From an uncultured Clostridia bacterium (GTDB taxonomy: Bacteria; Bacillota; Clostridia; Christensenellales; UBA1242): a stretch of 64,000 bases of DNA. Position 1 is the first letter of the stretch. The number at the start of each line of letters is the position of its first letter. This document shows positions 10,231 to 19,306 of the stretch, piece by piece. The stretch spans positions 20 through 64,019 of the forward strand of contig CALWKG010000001.1 in the NCBI GenBank assembly GCA_944381205.1, written 5' to 3'. The position numbers and the translations under genes were made by a program. Below the pieces are notes generated by a model. It had not been told where the DNA came from and ran no database searches. It was given only the letters and a program-made list of their open reading frames with translations.

Positions 10231-10259
10231 TTGACAATGCTAAAACATTGTTATACAAT
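10231..10259 (+). promoter_or_regulatory. sigma-A promoter for tRNA-Trp
   Basis: TTGACA at 10231-10236, a 17-nt spacer, and TACAAT at 10254-10259. Confidence 0.6.
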
Positions 10260-10278
10260 AACTTTGTTTTAGTTTTGT

Positions 10279-10352
10279 AGGGGAATAGTTCAATGGTAGA
10301 GCAATGGTCTCCAAAACCATCGATGGGGGTTCGAATCCCTCTTCCCCTGCCA
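10279..10352 (+). tRNA. trnW: tRNA-Trp (anticodon CCA), CCA end encoded
   Basis: A cloverleaf can be read by eye. The acceptor stem is AGGGGAA/TTCCCCT, the anticodon loop is CTCCAAA, and the T-loop is TTCGAAT. Confidence 0.9.
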
Positions 10353-10472
10353 AGAATAGGATTTAATTTGATTGTGATAATTTTAACAAAATATTTTTCT
10401 AAATCATATTAAACAGATGTGGTTAAAAACTAAAATTATTATAAAAAAAATTAAATTATTATCAAAATGTTC

Positions 10473-10501
10473 TTGACGAAGTTAAACTATTTTGCTATAT
10501 T
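10473..10501 (+). promoter_or_regulatory. sigma-A promoter for the Gly-Val-Cys tRNA cluster
   Basis: TTGACG at 10473-10478, a 17-nt spacer, and TATATT at 10496-10501. A 12-bp perfect palindrome, ACTTTCGAAAGT (10510-10521), lies in the leader. Confidence 0.55.
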
Positions 10502-10540
10502 ACAAGAGTACTTTCGAAAGTGCAAATTTTTATGGATTAT

Positions 10541-10615
10541 GCGGGGGTGGCTCAGTGGTAGAGCGTCACCTTGCCAAGGTGAACGTCGCGGGTTCGAATC
10601 CCGTCCTCCGCTCCA
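10541..10615 (+). tRNA. trnG: tRNA-Gly (anticodon GCC)
   Basis: The sequence runs GCGGGGG...CCTCCGC-T-CCA with anticodon loop TTGCCAA. Confidence 0.9.
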
Positions 10616-10624
10616 ACTTTTTGC

Positions 10625-10701
10625 GGGAGCATAGCTCAGTTGGTTAGAGCACTTGCCTTACAAGCAAGGGGTCATAGGTTCGAGTCCTATTGTTCCCACC
10701 A
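10625..10701 (+). tRNA. trnV: tRNA-Val (anticodon UAC)
   Basis: The sequence runs GGGAGCA...TGTTCCC-A-CCA with anticodon stem CTTGC/GCAAG and loop CTTACAA. Confidence 0.9.
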
Positions 10702-10713
10702 AAAAGTAAATAT

Positions 10714-10787
<74 letters not shown>

Positions 10788-10937
10788 TGGTTCTTTTAGT
10801 ACTTGCGTATGTTTTCAGTACTTTTTGAATTTTGTATATCAAATGACAAATTTAACTATCAGTTAAAGCATAAACAAGTATTATGGGAATTATGTGTTTT
10901 TGCATGAAGCCTTACCAAAAATACTTGTTTTATTTTA

Positions 10938-11023
10938 GCCGTAGTGGTGGAATGGTAGACACAAGGGACTTAAAATCCCTCGGGGGCAACTCCGTGCCGG
11001 TTCGAGTCCGGCCTTCGGCACCA
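10938..11023 (+). tRNA. trnL: tRNA-Leu (anticodon UAA), long variable arm
   Basis: 86 nt with anticodon stem AGGGA/TCCCT, loop CTTAAAA and an extended variable arm. The CCA end is encoded. There is one T-T mismatch in the acceptor stem. Confidence 0.85.
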
Positions 11024-11070
11024 GATAAATATCTCTAGAACTTGCTTTTTTAAAGATATTTATCAATTTT

Positions 11071-11111
11071 GACTATTTTAAGACCAGCCTACTTAAAATA
11101 GTCTTTTTTTT
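11071..11111 (+). terminator. rho-independent terminator after the tRNA cluster
   Basis: A perfect 12-bp stem, GACTATTTTAAG / CTTAAAATAGTC, with a 9-nt loop, followed by T8. Confidence 0.85.
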
Positions 11112-11303
11112 ATATTTTTCTTAACTTTTCGTTAAAATTTTCGGTCAAAAATGAGAGTGTACATAATTAATCTGTGGATTTTTATTTATTTTCAAAATAA
11201 CAAATATATACATATTTAACTCATCTTAATAATTTTTAAAAGTTCTTAATTTAAAAGAAAATATGTGAAAGCAAAAAATATAAATTAAACTTTTAAAATA
11301 TTG

Positions 11304-11332
11304 TTGACAAAACAAAATAAATATAATAATAT
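11304..11332 (+). promoter_or_regulatory. sigma-A promoter of the ctsR-clpC operon
   Basis: TTGACA at 11304-11309, a 17-nt spacer, and TAATAT at 11327-11332. An alternative TATAAT at 11322-11327 has too short a spacer. Confidence 0.55.
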
Positions 11333-11337
11333 GTAAA

Positions 11338-11354
11338 GGTCAAAGAAAGTCAAA
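11338..11354 (+). promoter_or_regulatory. CtsR operator (direct heptad repeat)
   Basis: GGTCAAA-GAA-AGTCAAA matches the consensus (A/G)GTCAAA-NAN-(A/G)GTCAAA exactly. It lies immediately downstream of the -10 element. Confidence 0.9.
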
Positions 11355-11377
11355 CTAGTTAAACAAAGGAGGGCAAG

Positions 11378-11842
11378 ATGGCTACAATAAGTGATGTTAT
11401 AGAAAATTTTATTTTATCAACTTTGGGGCAAAATAATGACCTAAATTTATCTAGAAACGAACTTGCAGATTATTTTAATTGTGCTCCTAGTCAAATTAAT
11501 TATGTCTTGACAACTCGTTTTAATCTTAATAGAGGTTTTATAATTCAAAGTCAACGCGGTGGAGGTGGCTATATAAGGATTGTTAGAATAAAAAACTTTG
11601 ACAATAATTATATTCATAAAGTTATTAATTCTATTGGGACGGAGATAAATTATAATGACGCAAGATTTATTTTAGAAGATTTAAGCAATAAAAAATTTTT
11701 GAGTATTACCCAAGCAAAAGCAATTTTATATGCGATTAGCGATAAATCTTTGACTAATCCAATTAAATTAGAATCAAAACTAAGGGCAAATATATTAAAA
11801 AATGTTCTAATAAATATATTAAAGGAGAAAGAAAGTGAATAA
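11378..11842 (+). CDS. ctsR: class III stress-gene repressor CtsR
   Basis: 154 aa. It starts MATISDVIENFIL and contains RNELADYFNCAPSQINYVLTTRF and the glycine loop QSQRGGGGYIRI. Confidence 0.95.
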   Translation: MATISDVIENFILSTLGQNNDLNLSRNELADYFNCAPSQINYVLTTRFNLNRGFIIQSQRGGGGYIRIVRIKNFDNNYIHKVINSIGTEINYNDARFILEDLSNKKFLSITQAKAILYAISDKSLTNPIKLESKLRANILKNVLINILKEKESE

Positions 11843-14300
11843 TTTTATAAAGTTTTCTGAAAGTGCACAAAGAATGTTAAATTATGCAGGCGAAATTACA
11901 AAAAAATTAAAAGGAAATCAAATAGATTCTGAACATTTGCTTTACGGGATATTATCTGTTTCTTCATCGCTTGCTTGTAGAATGTTAAAAGACCAAAATG
12001 TTACGAAAGAAAAATTAGTCGAAAAACTCACTCAGCCGGGTTATAATCCAAATTTAAGCCCAGATAAATTAGAACTTACACCGCGTAGTAAAAATATTTT
12101 GGTTACCGCATCAAATATAGCCTATAAATTGGGGCATAATTTTTTGAGTGTGGAACACTTTTTAATTGGTATATTATACAATGAAGACTGTTTTGCTTAC
12201 AAATTATTAAATAACTACTTTAACGTTGATACATTGAATTTGAGAGAAAAAATATATGAGGAACTAAAAAATGCAGATATTGATAGTATTGATAAAAATT
12301 ACAAAAGAGTAGATGATAATCAAAATGGTGAAAAAAGTTCGTTGCCAGAAAGTTTGCTAGAATTTGGCTATGATGTGACTTTAAAGGCAAGACAAGGAAA
12401 GATGGACCCTATTATAGGTAGGGATAAGGAAATAGAACGAGTAATCGAAATTTTGTGCAGGAAGACAAAAAACAATCCTATCTTAATAGGAGAAGCAGGG
12501 GTAGGAAAAACAGCCGTCGTAGAAGGACTTGCTCAGGCTATCGTAAAAAATCGTGTTCCGCAAGAGTTATCTAATAAGACTATCTTCGCTCTTGATATGG
12601 GTTCGCTTATGGCAGGAACAAAATTTAGGGGTGAATTAGAGCAAAGATTAAAAGATGCTATTGAAATTATTACAAAAGATAAAAATATTATTGTTTTTAT
12701 AGACGAAATTCACACTCTTGCTATGGCGGGTAGTGAAAAGGGCGATATTAACCCAAGCGATATGTTGAAACCATATCTAGCAAGGGGAGAATTACAAACA
12801 ATAGGGGCTACAACAACTGACGAGTACAGAAAGTTTATAGAAAAGGATAAAGCATTAGAAAGACGTTTTCAACCAATTATGGTTAATCCGCCTAGTATTG
12901 ACGAAACAATTCTAATTTTGCGTGGACTTAAAGATAGTTATGAAGCCTTCCATAAAATTCAAATTACAGATGAAGCAATAGTTGCAGCGGCAAAATTGTC
13001 TGATAGGTACATTATGGACAGAAGTCTTCCTGATAAAGCAATAGACCTTATAGATGAGGCAAGTAGTAGAGTGAGAGTAAGCGGAACAATGAAGCCTAAA
13101 TCCTTGCAAGAAATGGAAGATAAATTTAAGGAAATTCATAGAAATTATCAGGAAGCACTTGTCCAACATAACTATGAAAAATCTACTAAACTTGCGAGTG
13201 ACTTAAATGAAATGTATGCTGAACTTAAAAAAGAACAAGATAAGTATAATTTATCAAAGCCTAAATCTGAACCAAGAATAACGGAAAAGGACATTGCAGA
13301 AGTCGTTGCTCGCTGGACGGGTATTCCTGTAAGTAAAATTACTGAGAGTGAAAAAGAAAAGTTGTTAAAACTAGAAGAAGTTATTCACAAACGTGTAGTA
13401 GGACAAGACGAAGCAGTAAGTGCTGTTTGTAAGGCAATAAGAAGGTCTAGGGTTGGGCTTCAAGACAGCAAAAGACCAATAGGCTCATTTCTTTTTTTAG
13501 GTCAAACAGGAGTCGGGAAAACAGAACTTTGTAAAGCTCTTGCCGAAGCAATGTTTGATGATGAAAATAACATAATTAGAATTGATATGAGTGAATATAT
13601 GGAAAGTTATTCTGTATCAAAACTAATTGGGGCTCCTCCGGGATATGTAGGACACGATGATGGTGGGCAACTTACTGAACTTGTTAGGAGGAAACCATAT
13701 TCTGTTGTTCTTTTTGATGAAATTGAAAAGGCGCACCCAGATGTATTTAATATTTTACTACAAGTTTTAGATGATGGAAGGCTTACTGATAGTCACGGTA
13801 GGACTGTTAATTTTAAAAATACAATCATCATTATGACAAGCAACTGTGGTGTTAGCGAAATTAATTCTCATACTTCACAACTAGGTTTTAATAACCTTGG
13901 CTTTACAACTGATAATCCTGATTATGAGCAGATGAAGGAAGTTATTTTAAATAGTGTAAGGAAAAAATTTAAGCCAGAATTTTTAAATAGAATTGATGTT
14001 ATTACAGTTTTCCATAGCCTTACAGAAAAAGATTTAACTAATATTGCAAAAATTATGCTTAGTAATCTTAGTAAGAAACTTAAAGAACGTGATATAAACA
14101 TTAAATTTACGGAAAGCGCCTTAAAGTATTTAGTGGAAAAGGGAACTAGTTCAGAATATGGTGCTAGACCACTTAAAAGACTTATCCAAACTGATATAGA
14201 AGACGAGTTGACAGATGCTCTTTTATCAGGCGAAGTTAAAAACAATAACGTGGTGGTAACTGTATCAAATGATAAATTAAAATTTCAGATGGGAAAATAG
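11835..14300 (+). CDS. clpC: ATP-dependent Clp protease ATP-binding subunit ClpC
   Basis: 821 aa from a GTG start overlapping the ctsR stop. It has Clp_N repeats and two AAA+ modules (GEAGVGKTA, GQTGVGKTE). Confidence 0.95.
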   Translation: MNNFIKFSESAQRMLNYAGEITKKLKGNQIDSEHLLYGILSVSSSLACRMLKDQNVTKEKLVEKLTQPGYNPNLSPDKLELTPRSKNILVTASNIAYKLGHNFLSVEHFLIGILYNEDCFAYKLLNNYFNVDTLNLREKIYEELKNADIDSIDKNYKRVDDNQNGEKSSLPESLLEFGYDVTLKARQGKMDPIIGRDKEIERVIEILCRKTKNNPILIGEAGVGKTAVVEGLAQAIVKNRVPQELSNKTIFALDMGSLMAGTKFRGELEQRLKDAIEIITKDKNIIVFIDEIHTLAMAGSEKGDINPSDMLKPYLARGELQTIGATTTDEYRKFIEKDKALERRFQPIMVNPPSIDETILILRGLKDSYEAFHKIQITDEAIVAAAKLSDRYIMDRSLPDKAIDLIDEASSRVRVSGTMKPKSLQEMEDKFKEIHRNYQEALVQHNYEKSTKLASDLNEMYAELKKEQDKYNLSKPKSEPRITEKDIAEVVARWTGIPVSKITESEKEKLLKLEEVIHKRVVGQDEAVSAVCKAIRRSRVGLQDSKRPIGSFLFLGQTGVGKTELCKALAEAMFDDENNIIRIDMSEYMESYSVSKLIGAPPGYVGHDDGGQLTELVRRKPYSVVLFDEIEKAHPDVFNILLQVLDDGRLTDSHGRTVNFKNTIIIMTSNCGVSEINSHTSQLGFNNLGFTTDNPDYEQMKEVILNSVRKKFKPEFLNRIDVITVFHSLTEKDLTNIAKIMLSNLSKKLKERDINIKFTESALKYLVEKGTSSEYGARPLKRLIQTDIEDELTDALLSGEVKNNNVVVTVSNDKLKFQMGK

Positions 14301-14362
14301 ATAAAAACATTTGAGATTAAATAATTTTTTTGCTAAAATAAGGACAGAAAAAGGAGAAGAGT

Positions 14363-14890
14363 ATGAAGATAGAAATTAATTCAAAAAATTACAATGTATC
14401 GGAAAAACTCAAAGATATTATAGAAAGAAAAGTTGGTAAACTTGATAAGTATTTTAACGATGATGCAATTGCAAAGGTTAATTGTAAAATGGAAGGGCAG
14501 ACTTGTAAATTAGAATTAACAGTTAGAAGTAGGGGGCTTTTTTATAGAGCGGAAGTAACCGGGGATAATATGTATGAAAATATAGATTTGGCTTTGCCAA
14601 AAGTGGAAAGACAAATAATAAAATATGGGGATAAATTTTTTACCAGACTTAAAAAAGATTCTCTTAACAAGGATTATTTGTTTTTTGAGGAAGCGCCTGT
14701 CTTTAAAAAATCAGAAGTTGTTAGAAAAAAGAGTTTTGAATTGGAACCTATTTCCGTTGAAGATGCACAAGTATTTCTTGATACAATAGACAATAATTTT
14801 TATATTTTCTTAAATAGGGAAACGGGCAGGGTTAATATTTTATATAAAAGACAAGATGGCAACTTGGGACTTATTGAAGCAATTTATTAA
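14363..14890 (+). CDS. hpf: ribosome hibernation promoting factor, long form
   Basis: 175 aa starting MKIEINSKNYNVSEKLKDIIERKVGKLDKYF, with a C-terminal dimerisation domain. The RBS is AAGGAG. Confidence 0.9.
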   Translation: MKIEINSKNYNVSEKLKDIIERKVGKLDKYFNDDAIAKVNCKMEGQTCKLELTVRSRGLFYRAEVTGDNMYENIDLALPKVERQIIKYGDKFFTRLKKDSLNKDYLFFEEAPVFKKSEVVRKKSFELEPISVEDAQVFLDTIDNNFYIFLNRETGRVNILYKRQDGNLGLIEAIY

Positions 14891-14990
14891 TAAAATAACC
14901 TTTAATAAATTAGAGATTTTATTATATTGCTTAATCACATATGTAAAATTTATAGTTAAATAACTAAAATACTTAGATTGTCAAATAAAA

Positions 14991-15024
14991 AGGGGGTTTG
15001 TTTTTTAAACAGACTCCTTTTTTG
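14991..15024 (+). terminator. rho-independent terminator after hpf
   Basis: GGGGTTTGTTT / AAACAGACTCC forms 11 bp, two of them G-U pairs, followed by T6. Confidence 0.7.
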
Positions 15025-15172
15025 ATTGAGATAAAAATATAAGATAGCCTTTAAAAAAAGATTAATCTGTTTACAATAATATTTTATATTTTTACTTATT
15101 TATTTTAAAATAAGACTATTTTTTGAAAATATTATTCATTAAAAAAATTATGTGAAAATACTTACATAAAAA

Positions 15173-15199
15173 GAAGGTACAATGTTGTACCTTCTTTTT
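15173..15199. terminator. bidirectional hairpin; terminator for the minus-strand tRNA-Val
   Basis: GAAGGTACAA-TG-TTGTACCTTC is a perfect 10-bp stem flanked by an A-run and a T-run. Confidence 0.7.
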
Positions 15200-15200
15200 A

Positions 15201-15277
15201 TGGTGGTCTTAATAGGATTCGAACCTATGACCTCTTCCATGTGAAGGAAGCGCTCTAACCAACTGAGCCATAAGACC
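15201..15277 (-). tRNA. trnV: tRNA-Val (anticodon CAC), isolated gene
   Basis: The reverse complement reads GGTCTTA TG GCTC...GAGC G CTTCC TTCACAT GGAAG ... TAAGACC A CCA. The T-arm is nearly identical to that of tRNA-Val(UAC). Confidence 0.85.
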
Positions 15278-15291
15278 AATTTCTTGTTAAA

Positions 15292-15320
15292 AGTATATCA
15301 TTATGCTATTTTATTGTAAA
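15292..15320 (-). promoter_or_regulatory. sigma-A promoter for tRNA-Val(CAC)
   Basis: On the minus strand: TTTACA (15320-15315), a 17-nt spacer, and TATACT (15297-15292). Confidence 0.5.
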
Positions 15321-15460
15321 TAGAAATTTATCTTTTAAGTAAATTTATTTTATATTTATTTGTTTTATAATTATTTTTTTTAGTTAAAACAGCAAAAATA
15401 TCGCTAATTTTTATATGTTTTTATTTAAAAATTGTAGATTATTTTCTTAATTTTATATGA

Positions 15461-16036
15461 TTATATGACGGCCATAACAAAAATTTCTAAACCTATAATT
15501 ATTAAAACAACACCACCTAAAATTTCCGACTTACTTCCAAGAATTTTCCCAAATTTTTTCCCAAGTAAAAAACCTACTATGCACATAAAAAGTGTAACTA
15601 GCATTATAAATATAACTGAAATAATCATAAGTAATGCAGAATAATTTGCAAATGTTATACCAATAGATAAAGCATCTATTGATGTGGCAATAGCCTGTAA
15701 AATTAATTTTGGGAAGGTAATTATACTTTGAGTTTGGATAGTTGGATTTTCTTCTTTTTTTATTCCTTCTATTATCATTTTATAGCCAATAATTGTTAGT
15801 AAAAATAAGGCAATATATGGAATATAGTCTTTTATTATTCCTAAAATTGCATAGCCTATAAAAAATCCTATAATTGGCATAACGGCTTGAAAAAAAGCAA
15901 AGACAAAAGCCATTAGTATTAGTTTTTGTTTTGATAAATTAGCATTATTTAACCCATTACCCATACAAATAACACAGGCGTCCATTGCAAGCCCAACAGA
16001 TAATAATATTGTTCTAAAAAAGAATTCAAAATTCAT
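15461..16036 (-). CDS. mntP: manganese efflux pump MntP (DUF204)
   Basis: 191 aa and polytopic. It has duplicated DUF204 halves with the motifs GLAMDACV and ATSIDALSIG. Confidence 0.85.
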   Translation of the reverse strand: MNFEFFFRTILLSVGLAMDACVICMGNGLNNANLSKQKLILMAFVFAFFQAVMPIIGFFIGYAILGIIKDYIPYIALFLLTIIGYKMIIEGIKKEENPTIQTQSIITFPKLILQAIATSIDALSIGITFANYSALLMIISVIFIMLVTLFMCIVGFLLGKKFGKILGSKSEILGGVVLIIIGLEIFVMAVI

Positions 16037-16135
16037 TTTACCCTTTTTATTCTTCTAATTTTTATAATATATACAAGATAATATGCTATAATAACGTGTT
16101 TAGTTGCAAAAAATATTTATATTTATATATTTTTA

Positions 16136-16144
16136 TGCTATAAT
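16136..16144 (+). promoter_or_regulatory. extended -10 element (TGcTATAAT) proximal to fhs; a second identical copy lies at 16084-16092
   Basis: The 12-mer ATGCTATAATAA occurs twice, 52 nt apart, upstream of fhs. I could not identify a good -35 element. Confidence 0.35.
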
Positions 16145-16179
16145 AAACCAAAATATATTACTTATAAAGGGGAGAATAA

Positions 16180-17829
16180 ATGACAGATATTGAAATTGCA
16201 GGTAGAGTTAGGGGGAAGAAAATTCAAGATATAGCAAAATTTTTAGGGATAGAAGAATCAGATATAGAAATTTATGGTACAAAAAAAGCAAAAATAAAAA
16301 ATCTAAGTGTAAATCCAAAAGCAAAACTTATATTAGTAACAGCCATTAATCCAACAAGTGCAGGAGAAGGAAAAACGACGGTTTCTATTGGATTGGCAGA
16401 CGCTTTTAATATGTTACAAAAAAAGGTTTGCCTATCTCTTAGGGAACCTTCTCTTGGGCCTGTTTTTGGGTTGAAGGGTGGAGCAACTGGTGGTGGATAT
16501 AGTCAAGTAATACCTATGGAAGACATAAATCTTCATTTTACAGGAGATTTTCACGCAATAACAAGTGCAAATAATTTGCTTGCTTCCTTTATTGATAACC
16601 ATATTTATCAAGGAAATGCTCTTAATATTAACCCAGATAAAATTGTTTTTAATAGGTGTCTAGATTTAAATGATAGGGCTCTTAGGGATATTATAGTTGC
16701 TTGTGGAGAAAAAAATGGAATAAAAAGAGAAGAAAAATTTAACATTACAGCTGCATCAGAGATTATGGCAATTTTGTGTCTTTGTGCAGATATGGAAGAT
16801 TTAAAAAAACGATTAGGAAATATCTTGGTTGCTTATGATACAAGTAATAGGCCTATTTATGCAAGAGATTTAAAAGCAGAAAATGCGATGACAATCTTAT
16901 TAAAAGATGCGATAAAGCCAAATCTTGTACAAACTCTATACGGGACTCCTGCAATTATTCACGGGGGGCCTTTTGCAAATATCGCACACGGCTGTTCATC
17001 TATATTAGCAACAAAACTTGCTATGACATATTCTGACTATACAATCACAGAAGCAGGTTTTGGGGCAGACTTAGGTGCAGAAAAATTTTTTGATACAAAG
17101 TGTAGAATCGCTAATTTAGCCCCAGACGCAGTAATTCTTGTTGCAACAATTCGTGCGTTAAAATTACACGGGGGAGTTAGCAAGGACGATTTAACAAAAA
17201 AGAACATTCAAGCCCTAAAAATAGGTATGGAAAACCTTTACAAACATATTGAAAATATAAAAGATGTTTTTATTTTGCCAGTAGTTGTAGCAATAAATAG
17301 GTTTGATAGTGATTTTCAAGAAGAAGTTGACTTTGTAAAGAAGGAATTAAAAAGTAAGAGAATTAGAGTTAAGGAAACTACTACGTGGAAAGATGGGGCA
17401 AAAGGCGGGGTTGATTTAGCAAAAGAAGTAATTGATATGTGCGATAATGCCTTTTCTAATTTTGAATATTGCTATGATTTAGATGATACGATAGCAAATA
17501 AAATAAAAGCAATTTCTTATAAAATCTATGGGGCAAAAGATGTGATGTTTACGGGAAAATCTCTGCTACAGATTAAAGAGATAGAAAATCTTGGGTATGG
17601 AAATTTACCTGTTATAATTGCAAAAACTCAATATTCACTTTCTGATGACCCAAAATTAATTGGAAGGCCACAAGATTTTGTTATAAAGATTAAAGAAATT
17701 CAGTTAAGAGCAGGTGCAGGATTTATTGTAGCAATAGCCGGAAAAATTCTTCTTATGCCGGGATTACCTAAACACCCCGCAGGTGAGAGTATGATAATAG
17801 AAAATGGAAAGATATCGGGATTATTTTAA
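16180..17829 (+). CDS. fhs: formate--tetrahydrofolate ligase
   Basis: 549 aa containing LILVTAINPTSAGEGKTT and GGGYSQVIPMEDINLHFTGD, with the RBS AAAGGGGAG. Confidence 0.95.
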   Translation: MTDIEIAGRVRGKKIQDIAKFLGIEESDIEIYGTKKAKIKNLSVNPKAKLILVTAINPTSAGEGKTTVSIGLADAFNMLQKKVCLSLREPSLGPVFGLKGGATGGGYSQVIPMEDINLHFTGDFHAITSANNLLASFIDNHIYQGNALNINPDKIVFNRCLDLNDRALRDIIVACGEKNGIKREEKFNITAASEIMAILCLCADMEDLKKRLGNILVAYDTSNRPIYARDLKAENAMTILLKDAIKPNLVQTLYGTPAIIHGGPFANIAHGCSSILATKLAMTYSDYTITEAGFGADLGAEKFFDTKCRIANLAPDAVILVATIRALKLHGGVSKDDLTKKNIQALKIGMENLYKHIENIKDVFILPVVVAINRFDSDFQEEVDFVKKELKSKRIRVKETTTWKDGAKGGVDLAKEVIDMCDNAFSNFEYCYDLDDTIANKIKAISYKIYGAKDVMFTGKSLLQIKEIENLGYGNLPVIIAKTQYSLSDDPKLIGRPQDFVIKIKEIQLRAGAGFIVAIAGKILLMPGLPKHPAGESMIIENGKISGLF

Positions 17830-17931
17830 GGGTTTTATAAAGTTTTTTATTTATTATAATGCAATTAATAAAACTGCAATCTGATAGTTTTTAGTATTAG
17901 TCTATAAAAAATCAATTGTCATTAGCCATAT

Positions 17932-17965
17932 AAAAAAACCACAGGGAATACCCTATGGTTTTTTA
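17932..17965. terminator. bidirectional terminator between convergent fhs and the oxoamine synthase gene
   Basis: An A7 run, the stem CCACAGGG-AATA-CCCTATGG (7/8 bp), and a T6 run. Confidence 0.7.
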
Positions 17966-17986
17966 TTACTTTATCGTCGCGTATAA

Positions 17987-19177
17987 TTACTTTTTTAAAA
18001 GATTTAATTCTCCCATTACTTTTGCAATAATGTCAGTTGCCCTTTTTATTTGGTCATCGGTTAAGGTTGCCATATAACTTGTTCTTATTATGCTTTGTCC
18101 AACAGGAACAGCAGGGGATACAACAGGGTTTACGTATACTCCATTTTCAAATAATTTTTTGCAAGCAATAAAGGTTGTTTCGTTATCGTAAGTATTAATT
18201 GGTATTATTGGGGCTTCTGAATCTCTAATGTCAACACCTTTTTCTTTTAACAACTTTCTTGCCAAATTTGCAATGTAGTTTAGTCGTTTTATTCTTTCTG
18301 GCTCGCGTTTAATAATTTTTAGTGCAGTTCTAGCACATTCTATACTAGCAGGTGTGATTGATGCGCAAAAGACGTATGGTCTTGAATTGTGCTTTACATA
18401 GTTGCAAATATATTTTTTTGCAACCATATAACCACCAATGGAAGCAAGGCTTTTTGAAAACGTACCCATTATTATATCTACATCATCTTCCAAATTAAAA
18501 TAACTTGCTGTTCCTCTGCCATTTTCGCCGATAACACCCAGAGCATGTGCATCGTCAACCATAACCCTAGCATTGTATTTTTTTGCAAGTTGTACTATTT
18601 GCGGTAATTTACAAATATCACCACCCATACTAAAAACGCCATCTGTTACAATTAATTTTCCAGCATCAAAGGGAATAGACTTTAATTGTCTTTCTAAATC
18701 TTCCATATCGCTATGATTGTACCTGAGTAATTTTTTACAATAACTTAATTTACAACCATCGTAAATACTTGCGTGATTTTCTTTATCACCAATTATGTAA
18801 TCATTTCTTCCAACTATACAACTTATTATTCCAAGATTTGTTTGAAATCCTGTGCTGAATGTAACACAATCTTCTTTGTGCAAAAATTCCGCTAGTTCTT
18901 TTTCTAATTCTAAGTGTAGTTTTGTTGTTCCGTTTAAAAATCTTGACCCCGAACAACCTGAACCAAATTTTTCTAGTGCGTCTATACCTGCTTTAATTAT
19001 CTCTGGGTGAGAAGTAAGTCCAAGGTAATTGTTAGACCCAAGCATAATTTCATTTTTACCTTCCATAATAACTTCTGTATCTTGTTTTGTTTCCAATGCG
19101 TGGAAATAAGGGTAGATATTTTGTTCTACTAATTTGTCAACGATTGTGAAGTCCTTACATTTGTCAAATAAATCCAT
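17987..19177 (-). CDS. PLP-dependent alpha-oxoamine synthase family enzyme (Kbl/BioF/SPT family; motifs look SPT-like)
   Basis: 396 aa containing LGSNNYLGL, SGSRFLNGT, DDAHALG and the PLP-lysine motif GTFSKSLASIGGY, with the RBS AGGAG. No tdh, bio or lipid genes are adjacent. Confidence 0.85.
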   Translation of the reverse strand: MDLFDKCKDFTIVDKLVEQNIYPYFHALETKQDTEVIMEGKNEIMLGSNNYLGLTSHPEIIKAGIDALEKFGSGCSGSRFLNGTTKLHLELEKELAEFLHKEDCVTFSTGFQTNLGIISCIVGRNDYIIGDKENHASIYDGCKLSYCKKLLRYNHSDMEDLERQLKSIPFDAGKLIVTDGVFSMGGDICKLPQIVQLAKKYNARVMVDDAHALGVIGENGRGTASYFNLEDDVDIIMGTFSKSLASIGGYMVAKKYICNYVKHNSRPYVFCASITPASIECARTALKIIKREPERIKRLNYIANLARKLLKEKGVDIRDSEAPIIPINTYDNETTFIACKKLFENGVYVNPVVSPAVPVGQSIIRTSYMATLTDDQIKRATDIIAKVMGELNLLKK

Positions 19178-19306
19178 ATTTTCTCCTAAAAATAAATAAT
19201 CAAATTAATTATAACAAATGAAAAAAAATTAGTCATTAAAAATTTAAAACTAAATTTAATTTTTTCTATTAATTTATTTTGTTTTTATGAAAAAAGTTGT
19301 ATAATA

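Noticed and set aside
11171-11179. DnaA-box-like TGTGGAT fragments occur here and at 1694-1702.
   Set aside because: They are only partial matches to TTATCCACA/TGTGGATAA, they are isolated and they are not clustered. There is no evidence of an origin.
16037-16179. A yybP-ykoY manganese riboswitch was expected upstream of mntP.
   Set aside because: The 143-nt upstream region is almost pure A/T. It has none of the conserved GC-containing helices and no recognisable riboswitch core.
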